DNA from: Macrostomum lignano
Lineage: Eukaryota
Reading direction: 5' to 3'
NCBI GenBank assembly: GCA_002269645.1
Contig: NIVC01003546.1
Location: forward strand, 1-64,000
Length of the DNA: 64,000 bases
A program made the translations under genes and the position numbers. Shown here piece after piece: positions 10,669-43,353 of the stretch (the first letter of the stretch is position 1; every line of letters begins with the position of its first letter). The notes under the pieces are model-generated. The model saw only the letters and a list, made by a program, of their open reading frames with translations, was not told the DNA's origin and ran no database searches.

Positions 10669-13600
10669 TGTATGTACTTTACATGCTTTCATATATTCTT
10701 AAAGGATTCTATTGAAGGGAATATGCACTTATAATTTGCTGATTTAGCTATATTCAAAAGAGGAACTGCGTATACTCAAAAAAGGTATATGCACATGTAC
10801 ATGTACATGTTATTTAGTTGGAGCTTTTCAGGCGCTTTTTTATTTAAAACCCTTTAATTCTGCAGATGGAGTTAACACCCGAGCTCAAATCCCCCAAAAT
10901 TTCCAAAATATGTACGTACATGTATGCAAGTGGAAGGAATATAATTACAAATTAGACACACCGTAGAAATAATTGTAAATTTATACAAGCATGCAACCTC
11001 TTATGATAAAGCTAAGCTCGTATTCTTTTTAAACGAATACATTAAGGTCAGTTAATATATGTACACGGGAGACACGGGCACTCGTACATACTACAGTACA
11101 TCTGCTTTTGCATGTAGAATCCTACATGCTATTTGCTTTTAAGTTTCCCCCAATAATTTCAGATTTTTAGTCACTAATGTCGCCGTTAAGAGACATCTTT
11201 TTAGGTACTTGTGCGAAAGTTTGATTAAATTTCAATTTTAGCTTCTGACTTCGGTTTATAACTCCGCAAAAATCGTTGCCATAGAACTATTTAGTTTCAT
11301 AACGAAACACAAAATTTAGCGTCGTAAATCAAAATATTTCTCTTAAAGTAAGAACGAACTTATTAACGAATCTAAACATACCTATTAGGGCTTATTAATG
11401 CTTAATTTATATTATACTATCGGTTTTTTAGCCAGAAATTATTTGGTATACAAGTTGACAATGAACCCATTTTCGTTTGAATTATTAAACTATGGCTGGG
11501 TTAATTTCATGTGTAAAAATAGACACACAAGAAGCATTAGTTTGTCTAGCATTTATTGACACGGTATTACAAGCCCTTTTTTGTTTATCATTCATTTAAG
11601 ACACTTGCTGCGATTACTGTGAACAATTTTTCAAGTCGTAGAATACCGGCAGAGAAATTCCTCATCCACGGGAAAAGGGGTAGGTGACTTACTTACTATT
11701 TCGTTTAAAATATATATAATACATTGTACAAATTCACTTGCATTTTTATTAAAATACAGGAATTTATCATCTGTATGCAGAGACCTAATACAGTTTCGCT
11801 TGATATAACACGTACCTTACTCCTGACATACTTGATGGGTAATCTGTGACCAGGCCCCATTACATTAGCTCTATTTCGATTTAAACATAGTGAGCTGCAG
11901 AAAATATTTTTCAAAATTTAAACAATTGCGTTGTTTACTCGTTTTCCCTAACTTTTTCAACTAGTTTAATTTAATTCATACCCAATCTAAAAATCTTTGC
12001 ACAAAAACCTGTAATTTAATATCCAGTCCAGATGGTCCCAGACACATTAGCTTTCATTAAGTTAGTCGCGATGCTTTTATAAAATTTTTAGTTATTGGTA
12101 TAAAAACTATAAGCACGTTTCAATAAAAGCTGCTAGTTACCCTAAATAACTCAAAACTAAAAATTTTGTACAAAATAATTTGTACTAAAAATAACCATTT
12201 CATAATGTTTTCAAGTCAGGTTGAATCTGGCTTCAAACAAAAAACAACTTTGCCTTTTGCTAAAGATATTTTTTAGTTGACAGCTATAAATTGTAGCCAA
12301 TTGTGTCCTCAGACTTACAAAAGATTATAGTCGATAATTGGTGCTTTGAGTTCCCATTCAGTTTTAAAAGTCACATCATGTTGTACAATAGGTCCAAACA
12401 GAAAAAATACCATATTATTTTTAACAGGAGCAGATTCGGGTGACTGCTCGATTGAATTACTTATGATTATAAAAAGCAATAAAAATGCTGAAGAATAAAG
12501 AAAGCATTAAATGATATAAACTACTAAAACATAGAGATTATGAAACTTGCAAATCTGCACATTTCTTTTGGTGGCTGTTTTTTCGCAATGTTTTATTAGC
12601 TAGATTGTGACAGGGATGACTCGATCAGGTTTTCTAAGCACCAAATTTACAATATCCCAGCTTCTAAATTCCATATTGCAAAGTGCAAACGTAAATAAAA
12701 AATTAAAATGCGGAACATTAAAATACAGTTGTATTGTATCGAAGCATATTTTGCCAACCTGTTAAGAGTTTCACCATAGAAAAACTGAGTTACTGGTAAT
12801 AAATATCCGTTTAAAAATACATTAAAGGAAAGGGAGAATTAGCTGAATTTCACCGGAACTTTGACCTAAGAACCTCGTGAATTATTGTAGCCTCAGAAGA
12901 AACGCATAAAGAATGATTCCGGAAGGTTTTGATATTCACAAAACTACTTAAATTGTGAAGAATGTGAATTTAGTGCTAATACTCGTATCGCAGTTTTCTG
13001 TGCTGAGGAACTTGCAATTTGGAAATGCCATCGGAGACCGGCAAGCAAGCAAAGTTCCAGATAAATTCCAGCTGTCCCTGTCTCTGTAGTTCATTTCTCC
13101 AAGCCTGGATTCTTCTCTACCGGATTTGTCTATGGTAAAACCCCATTCAGCGCTTTGCGTAATCCGTTAAAAAACAGCTGTATATTCTGTTCATGAGTGC
13201 AGGGTTCCGCCCGTAGCACTGTTCGGTTCGGTTTATCCAATGGGGCGCTCGCAGCGATGCCATTGGCCAGTGCAGCAGCAGTTGCCGTTGATAAATAGTT
13301 GCCCATCTCACAGTGGCCTCCCCAAGTCTCCCTGCCCCAACTCAAGCTGCGTGCACTTCTCGAACTCAACTCGCTCGTCTGTTATCATCTCGGCCGAAGA
13401 AGCAGCTGAGAGTCAGTCTCCAAGCACTCTTGAGCACTCTTAGCTTTGAGAGTAGCCGGAGCCGACTTTTGCCAGCATCCGTTCTACAGCTCCATCCGAA
13501 AAGCCTTGTCGTTTCTTTCTCGAACTTTGGTATAGTTCGGGAGACTTGCAGCCCAGAATCCAGGCACCCCGGGCGCTCAGTTTGACTCGAATCGGGAAGC

Positions 13601-14464
13601 CCAGATGTGGTTGTCAAGCCAGTATAACTCGCAGCCAAATCAAGATGCTCAACGAAGGAAGCCGAGGTAATAAATAATAAAAAACTTGTGGGAGCTGGTT
13701 TTCCTACTGGATACGCAGGATCGGCTGAGTCTTAGCAACTTTGATAACTCAATAAATTTAAGCTGCTGAGGCAACGCCATCCTTATCGATTTGAGCTCCC
13801 TTGTCGGCTAAGATATCGCGACCGATTTTCCAGCAATTTGTACTTTCTGATCGCCTGGAATCAGCTGACTAACCAATTCACACCTTCCTTCCTTCATCTC
13901 GTCCTGCCAACCCCCCCCCCATGGAAGCTGCCACCCCGCCATTCCCAAGCACGCTCGACTGCCTCCTCTGCTGCTGCTGCCGCAGCCGCCGCAGGCTGGC
14001 CGGACAGCCGCAGCGGCCTCCGCTGGCCCACCGGGCGACTGCGGCTGCAGCAGCTGCGGCTCCGCTGCCGTGCCAGCGTCTGGGCCAGCACCGGTGCCAA
14101 TACCTGTGCCAAAACCTGCGCCAGCAACTATGCCGTCAGTCAGTTTGAATTGGCGCCAGCAGCGGACCAGGTATCGAACCGTTTGGTTCCAAATTCCAAT
14201 GGCCGCAGAGATCGGCTCTCCATAGAGCAGACCTGCCATAGTTACAAGTCAATTATTAGCTTATCTAAAAATTAGCGTTGTAATTGCCCGGCTGTCAAGG
14301 ACTGCTATTGAGTACAGAATTTGACTGGAAACTGTCACAATAAAATCTGGAGAGATGTTTTCCATAAACTAACCTCTCTAAGCTGATGGCACTTACATTA
14401 TTTTGCATCCTTGTTCCGAAGAGGGAGACTGACAATTGGACTGCTGCAGTTTGACTGCCGAAGA

Positions 14465-14705
14465 TTTAGGTTTAGGTTTAGGTTTAGGTTTGGGTTTTGG
14501 TTTAGGTTAGGGTTTAGGTTTAGGTTTAGGTTTAGGTTTAGGTTTGGGTTTAGGTTTAGGTTAGGGTTTAGGTTTAGGTTAGGGTTTAGGTTAGGGTTTA
14601 GTTTTAGGTTTAGGTTTAGGTTAGGGTTTATGTTAGGGTTTAGGTTTAGATTTAGGTTTAGGTTTAGGTTTGGGTTTAGGTTTGGGTTTATGTTTAGGTT
14701 AGGTT
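14465..14705 (+). repeat. Interstitial telomere-like tract, mixed TTAGGT/TTAGGG
   Basis: About 240 bp of hexamers, flanked by a 9-bp inverted repeat ttgactgcc (14451-14459) / ggcagtcaa (14706-14714). Confidence 0.9.
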
Positions 14706-16280
14706 GGCAGTCAATTATGGGTAGATCCTTCTGAAGATGGTAAATTAGTACATGATTAAAAAATCGGCCTCAAAAAGATTTCCCGGAAATTTCAAGTTGC
14801 TGAGGGTTTTCCTTCTACTGTGACTATAAAAAGAAGTCCTTGACAGCTCCGTGTGATAACTTAATTGTCGTGCATTGTGTGAATATTTGTGCAATTTGTG
14901 CACCCACAAAGAGGGCGGCTGAAACAGTTAAAAAAATCCGTATAATAGCTGGTCTCTGTATATACCGAATATGTGGCTCATTGATAATGGAGATCAAGGA
15001 CACAATGATGCCCATCAGTTTATTAAGATATCTGCAAGTATATTAAATGCTTTTAATTCAAGCTTCAATCAATGTACATCAGAATACATTCAAGTACATT
15101 GGGATGCCCTCAATGTACATTGAATGCCTTAAAGCACTGGAACTATAATACACTCACACCCCTGCACTGCAGTTGGCTATTTATTGGAGTTATGGATTAT
15201 ATAAATAACTCGCATACACAGGCAAATATTTTCTGTTTCGCTTCAATCCCGCTTTATTTTTTGTGCATAAAAAGCCAGTTTTTTCATTTATAGCAATGCA
15301 TGAAATCCCTATTTATGCACCGTTGCCGCGGTGAAGTCAGCCAGCCCGCATGCGGCTTATTTTTGTTGAAGAATCTTTCAAAAGCAAAAAGCAGAAGCAG
15401 AAAGCAAAAAGCTTTCCTACAGAGCCAAATGCGAGTATTAAGTCCCAAGGTATTATCCCATGCCATTAATCCCGCATTTCAGAGCTCATTAACAAGTTGA
15501 ACAATTCCAAAGCTCATCCGACGCAGTACAGGTGAAGTCGTAAATTCGAATCTAACTTGCCCCCCCCTCCATGTGGACTTCCTACTTACTAACTATTCGA
15601 ACTAGCTTCTTCTTCTATCGAGTTAAAAATATTTCTATTTATAGCTTTCATCTCGGGGAAACACTGTGTGCCCCATCTTGTTCGGCCTTCAATCTGTATA
15701 GAAGTGTGCAGACCTGACTGTAAGCCTAATTTAAACATGTATTCGACTACCCTTTTGAAGTGACTTCTTAAGAGTTCTTTTGATATCTCTCTATCGTAGC
15801 TATGTAGACTTTTTTGTGGGTTAGAACTGGCTAAGGAGGTCTTGAGTTATGCTATGGCGTGAGGATCTTGCCGAGTTCCTCTTTCCTTTGGCCCAACGCT
15901 CGTATAAATGCTTGGTTATTACTAACTACTATTGTTAGGTATTGACACAATGACCGCTAAACGGAAATGCATTGGATAGGATAGGATTTTTAACTTCTGC
16001 ATACCAAAGATATAATATACGAGCTAATAACGATAATTGGATTGGGATCTTGTATTATCCTGTCAATATTTTCTTAGGCTTAATAAAATTTGCAGCTATG
16101 GACTTTTTAAATTCAAGATTTCCCAAAATATTCAACTGTTTTGCACTATAAGTTTTCGCCACTTAGCGCGCCTGCTATCTTCGCCTAAATTGATGTTGTT
16201 CCACCAGAGCTTGTAGCCTGCTCTCTGTCAGTGCTTTATTTGGAAGCAAAAACTGCAGTAAAATTAAAATTAAAATGTAA

Positions 16281-27763
<11,483 letters not shown>

Positions 27764-29149
27764 GTTCGAACAGAGCTTAGCCAGCAGCTGTTTGCATGCA
27801 GATACTCAACTCAACTTTCACCTTTTTATGTCGTTCTCTAATTTTCCTTCTTTAGTAGATTCACAATGGTGTTTGAACCAGTGTGTGTTTGCGTGTTTTG
27901 ATCAACTTGAGTCCTGCACAATTACCTACATAATAATGGACTCGCATCTGGCACTTTTTGAACGATATAAGATTTATCGTGCATTTTCTCCTTTCATCAG
28001 ATCTGACTTTGCACTGCTCGTCGGAGTTTGTTTCTTTTACTGCTTCTCTTCTGCTTTCAACCGATCGACCAAGGCTGAGCGCAGGCCTGCCTGTCCAGAG
28101 ATCGATGCCCGGGGTCTGCGCTTATTCACTCTGTTGTAAACTTTTAACTGCGATTAGTGCAGAAATTATAAGCATTGCCGATTGCTTGGGATGGACACTA
28201 AGGCGTACTGACTGCCTGCCAGACTGTCAGACACCACAGGCGGGCAGACTTTCCCTATTTTCCTGACTTTCCCTAACACAAGAAGATACTTTTCAATTGA
28301 CAATCCTATGCAATTTCTCTTCAACAGAATTTCAGACGCACCTGCTTGCGTTTGAGTCACACAGACCTAGCCTCTATAAGCAGCTCTGTGCGCTCGGTGA
28401 AACCCGATTCGGTACAGAAGCCTTCTCTACGTTTATCGATTTTGAGGTTCGAGGGGATAAAGCGAAGGATTATCCGTATTAATGCATGCTGAATAATAAA
28501 TATGGGCGGCTCCCAAGCTCAGGCAGAGGTGCAGGATAGGCACTACTGTCAGTTGCCAGGGTTCTGGATGGGAGGGGAATTCAGTGTTGCAGTCTCGAGT
28601 TGCTTCTGTCGTTTCCTAGCAACCAATCTGCCTCGCGCGCTTTCTCTTTTCTTTCTGCCCTGACACTGGATAACTCCCTTCTCCTAATCCTCAGCATCCC
28701 CCACCTACCTGAGCCAAGGCTCCTCATCACCGAGTCCCCAGTTTGTACTTCTGTCTCTCTCTTCCCTCTCTGTCTTCCTGCAGCGCTTCGTCCCTTCGCC
28801 CCCCCCTTGTGAACCTCGTGCACGCAACGGGCTCGATAAATCCCCACATTTTTTACCTTGGCTTTTTTCTCCGAGCTCTCTCTCTCTTCCTCAGCGTCCA
28901 ATCCAGGTTTTTTCTCTCTTTCATTCGAATCTTGGCATTATGGAAGGAAGGCCCAACTAATGCTCTAGCAATAGCGAATGTGGGAGTCCCTGATTGTCAG
29001 CGGAGAGTTTTCCCACTTTTCCAACACAAGCAAGTTGAAGACCATTGTTTCGCCGCAAAATAAATTTGCTAGATTAGGGCAAATCATTGTTATGGGTCTA
29101 ACTTAAGTCTGTCAAATGTTTAAATTGATTTTTATACCGGATTAACTGA

Positions 29150-38733
<9,584 letters not shown>

Positions 38734-39809
38734 GTTCGAACAGAGCTTAGCCAGCAGCTGTTTGCATGCAGATACTCAACTCAACTTTCACCTTTTTATG
38801 TCGTTCTTTAATTTTCCTTCTTTGGTAGATTCACAATGGTGTTTGAACCAGTGTGTGTTTGCGTGTTTTGATCAACTTGAGTCCTGCACAATTACCTACA
38901 TAATAATGGACTCGCATCTGGCTCTTTTTGAACAATATAAGATTTATCGTGCATTTTCTCCTTTCATCAGATCTGACTTTGCACTGCTCGTCGGAGTTTG
39001 TTTCTTTTACTGCTTCTCTTCTGCTTTCAACCGATCGACCAAGGCTGAGCGCAGACCTGCCTGTCCAGAGATCGATGCCCGGGGTCTGCGCTTATTCACT
39101 CTGTTGTAAACTTTTAACTGCGATTAGTGCAGAAATTATAAGCATTGCCGATTGCTTGGGATGGACACTAAGGCGTACTGACTGCCTGCCAGACTGTCAG
39201 ACACCACAGGCGGGCAGACTTTCCCTATTTTCCTGACTTTCCCTAACACAAGAAGATACTTTTCAATTGACAATCCTATGCAATTTCTCTTCAACAGAAT
39301 TTCAGACGCACCTGCTTGCGTTTGAGTCAGAAAGCTGTTTAGTCGCTAAAAACATTCCATCTGTTTTCTGAATTTTTAGTGAAAACAAAAAGTTTTTCTG
39401 TTTTACTCTCTGTTCGCACTACTGATATTAGTAGAGTTGTAAGTAACATTTTACTGCCGCATCGATTTGCTGTGAGGTTTAATTCGATTGTTTTTCTCAA
39501 AACAAAGCACCTTCACCTGTCACCAGCAGCTTAGTGCACCAGGAAAGCATGTCAGTTTGTCAATTCTTCTCTTGTCAGGAATTAATTTGTTAATTACAAA
39601 TTTGTTGTTGTTTGCGTACATAATATACAAGCTATTGGTGCGTGTTGCCAACTGAATATGAATATACTTATTATTAATAGCACTGTAATTAACTATTGTA
39701 ACTCCTACATATTTTTAATTTTGTCTTAACTGTATTTTTCAATTCTAAGCTCTTCAGTCTGCTTCAAAATAATTTTCATAAATTTTCACTTACCGCAAGC
39801 TACACATCA

Positions 39810-41446
39810 AAAGAGTTGCCATTACATGAGACTACGGGTCCCAAGAGTTACCATTACCTGAAGCTACGGGTACCAAGAGTTGCCATTACCTGAAGCTACG
39901 GGTCCCAAGAGTTACCATTACCTGAAGCTACGGGTCCCAAGAGTTGCCATTACCTGAAGCTACGGGTCCCAAGAGTTACCATTACCTGAAGCTACGGGTC
40001 CCAAGAGTTGCCATTACCTGAAGCTACGGGTCCCAAGAGTTACCATTACCTGAAGCTACGGGTCCCAAGAGTTGCCATTACCTGAAGCTACGGGTCCCAA
40101 GAGTTTCCATTACCTGAAGCTACGGGTCCCAAGAGTTGCCATTACCTGAAGCTACGGGTCCCAAGAGTTACCATTACCTGAAGCTACGGGTCCCAAGAGT
40201 TGCCATTACCTGAAGCTACGGGTCCCAAGAGTTGCATTACCTGAAGCTACGGGTCCCAAGAGTTGCCATTACCTGAAGCTACGGGTCCCAAGAGTTGCCA
40301 TTACCTAAAGCTACGGGCCCCAAGAGTTGCATTACCTGAAGCTACGGGTCCCAAGAGTTGCCATTACCTGAAGCTACGGGTCCCAAGAGTTGCCATTACC
40401 TGAAGCTACGGGTCCCAAGAGTTACCATTACCTGAAGCTACGGGTCCCAAGAGTTGCCATTACCTGAAGCTACGGGTCCCAAGAGTTACCATTACCTGAA
40501 GCTACGGGTCCCAAGAGTTTCCATTACCTGAAGCTACGGGTCCCAAGAGTTTCCATTACCTGAAGCTACGGGTCCCAAGAGTTTCCATTACCTGAAGCTA
40601 CGGGTCCCAAGAGTTGCCATTACCTGAAGCTACGGGTCCCAAGAGTTGCCATTACCTGAAGCTACGGGTCCCAAGAGTTACCATTACCTGAAGCTACGGG
40701 TCCCAAGAGTGCCATTACCTGAAGCTACGGGTCCCAAGAGTTACCATTACCTGAAGCTACGGGTCCCAAGAGTTGCCATTACCTGAAGCTACGGGTCCCA
40801 AGAGTTACCATTACCTGAAGCTACGGGTCCCAAGAGTTGCCATTACCTGAAGCTACGGGTCCCAAGAGTTGCATTACCTGAAGCTACGGGTCCCAAGAGT
40901 TGCCATTACCTGAAGCTACGGGTCCCAAGAGTTGCCATTACCTAAAGCTACGGGCCCCAAGAGTTGCATTACCTGAAGCTACGGGTCCCAAGAGTTGCCA
41001 TTACCTGAAGCTACGGGTCCCAAGAGTTTCCATTACCTGAAGCTACGGGTCCCAAGAGTTGCCATTACCTGAAGCTACGGGTCCCAAGAGTTACCATTAC
41101 CTGAAGCTACGGGTCCCAAGAGTTGCCATTACCTGAAGCTACGGGTCCCAAGAGTTGCATTACCTGAAGCTACGGGTCCCAAGAGTTGCCATTACCTGAA
41201 GCTACGGGTCCCAAGAGTTGCCATTACCTAAAGCTACGGGCCCCAAGAGTTGCATTACCTGAAGCTACGGGTCCCAAGAGTTGCCATTACTTGAAGCTAC
41301 GGGTCCCAAGAGTTACCATTACCTGAAGCTACGGGTCCCAAGAGTTGCCATTACCTGAAGCTACGGGTCCCAAGAGTTTCCATTACCTGAAGCTACGGGT
41401 CCCAAGAGTTGCCATTACCTGAAGCTACGGGTCCCAAGAGTTTCCA
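39810..41446. repeat. 32-bp minisatellite gggtcccaagagttgccattacctgaagctac, about 51 copies
   Basis: Period 32, highly homogeneous. Confidence 0.95.
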
Positions 41447-41790
41447 CTTTCCACATCTTTCCGCAGAAGCAGCAGATAGTGACACAAGTGTTGATAGAAG
41501 TCATATCTTATACAAAATCTAAAGCATTTTACCACACAGCTCCATACAGACTTCTTAAAGCAGAAAGAAACCACACAGGAACGGCTGCAAGTGCTCAGTC
41601 GCTCAATGACAGACAGAACGTGATCAAGCTCACGTGCCAGTCTCTCCAGCAGTCAGCCCATTGTCCATGAAGGGGCAAAGCGAACGCCTCTTTCTCCCCA
41701 GTGCATTGGGAGCCGTGCTGAGGTGCCCGACAAGAGAGCAGAGGAGAGGGCGCGAAGGCCGGGAGAGTCTAGCAGTGGATGAGGAGAATC

Positions 41791-42287
41791 TCAATCTTGC
41801 CGCCGCCTCCTAATTGGGGCGAGCCAGTCTTCATTAGCGCCGGGCCTTCGTCTCTCTTCCACACCCCCGTTCCACTCGGGCTCCTTCACCTTCTCCGACT
41901 CACTCTGCCGCTTCTGCTGCCCGGTCTTCGCTTCGAGCTTCGGGCGGCGGGCGGGCGGCGAGGGTCGAGTGGCTCGGGCTTCACGTCCGGATTTGAGCGA
42001 GTTGCTGAGAAGGGCAGTTTACGAGCTAGAATAGAAAAAAGTTTCTGTTCAACCTTTGACTAAATAAGTGCCTGTTCGGTAGAGCGGATGGGGGAAGCCG
42101 GGAGGATCATACGGGGGGGATTTATTTCTGCGAGAAATTATTGGGAAGCGGATGAGGGTGCGAGACTTCGTTCACGTTTGGAATTTTGGGACTTTCGTCC
42201 CCGAAGCCGCGGATTGAGGGGAACTGCCAGAAAAATGTTAAGATAGAATGATTGACGAATATGAGGAGAGTCAGGGTCAGACGGACG

Positions 42288-42323
<36 letters not shown>

Positions 42324-42434
42324 GGCAGACAGACAGAAAGACAGACAGACAGACAGGCAGGCAGACAGACAGACAGACAGACAGACAGGCAGGCAGGCAG
42401 GCAGACAGACAGACAGACAGACAGACAGACAGGC

Positions 42435-42487
<53 letters not shown>

Positions 42488-42558
42488 GGGAGGCAGGGAG
42501 GCAGACAGACAGACAGACAGAAAGGGAGGCAGACAGGGAGGCAGGGAGGCAGACAGGC

Positions 42559-42591
<33 letters not shown>

Positions 42592-42710
42592 CTAAGACAG
42601 ACAGACAGACAGACAGACACTAAGACAGACAGACAGACAGACACTAAGACAGACAGACAGACAGACAGACAGGCAGACACTAAGACAGACAGACAGATAG
42701 ACAGACACTA

Positions 42711-42763
<53 letters not shown>

Positions 42764-42866
42764 GGCAGACAGGGAGGCAGGGAGGCAGGGAGGCAGGGAG
42801 GCAGACAGACAGACAGACAGACAGACACTAAGACAGACAGACAGACAGACAGAGAGGCAGACACTA

Positions 42867-42915
<49 letters not shown>

Positions 42916-42996
42916 CTAAGACAGACAGACAGATAGACAGACACTAAGACAGACAGACAGACAGACAGATACTAAGACAGACAGACAGACACTAAA

Positions 42997-43029
<33 letters not shown>

Positions 43030-43286
43030 CTAAAAGACAGACAGACAGACAGACAGACAGACACTAAGACAGACAGACAGACACTAAGTAAGACAGACAG
43101 TTGGATGGGATCTACTTTGAAGTTGCAGTACTCACAATATGAAAAAAGCATTCTGTGAGTCATGAAGAGTACTGGCAGTTTGATCAATCCATCCTCTCTC
43201 ACCCATTCGCCACTAGGAAGCAGTCCAGCCAATGACAATCCCTCTGCAGTCCTCTCTTCTCCATAAGCCGGAGTCCTCGAGGCCAT
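41791..43286 (-). CDS. Candidate small spliced gene, product unknown
   Basis: ATG at 43286 (aagaATGG) opens [50 protein letters not shown], followed by a donor T|gtgagta. Good acceptors at 42224 and about 42025 lead into GC-rich open frames. The downstream exon chain is unresolved. Confidence 0.3.
42290..43100. repeat. (GACA)n/(GGCA)n microsatellite, about 800 bp
   Basis: Direct reading. Confidence 0.95.
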
Positions 43287-43353
43287 TCTTTCGAAAATGT
43301 TAAGAGCAGACGCGAACTGAGACGCAACTACAGACCGTTGTCAAGGCAACGCG

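Noticed and set aside
11185-11346. ttaagaga...tctcttaa as a TTAA-type MITE
   Set aside because: Only 4 bp of TIR beyond TTAA in AT-rich DNA; could be chance.
13130-14275. Several 70-145-aa GC-rich ORFs; faint DIRS-like wording (GFSDGAVERML) in one interrupted frame
   Set aside because: No recognisable domain, multiple stops, and no consistent splice chain; too weak to call.
14411-14734. FR-repeat ORF
   Set aside because: Translation of the telomere-like hexamer tract.
42122-42916. VCLS and TDRQ repeat ORFs (also 48511-49001 and 49522-49960)
   Set aside because: Translations of (GACA)n microsatellites.
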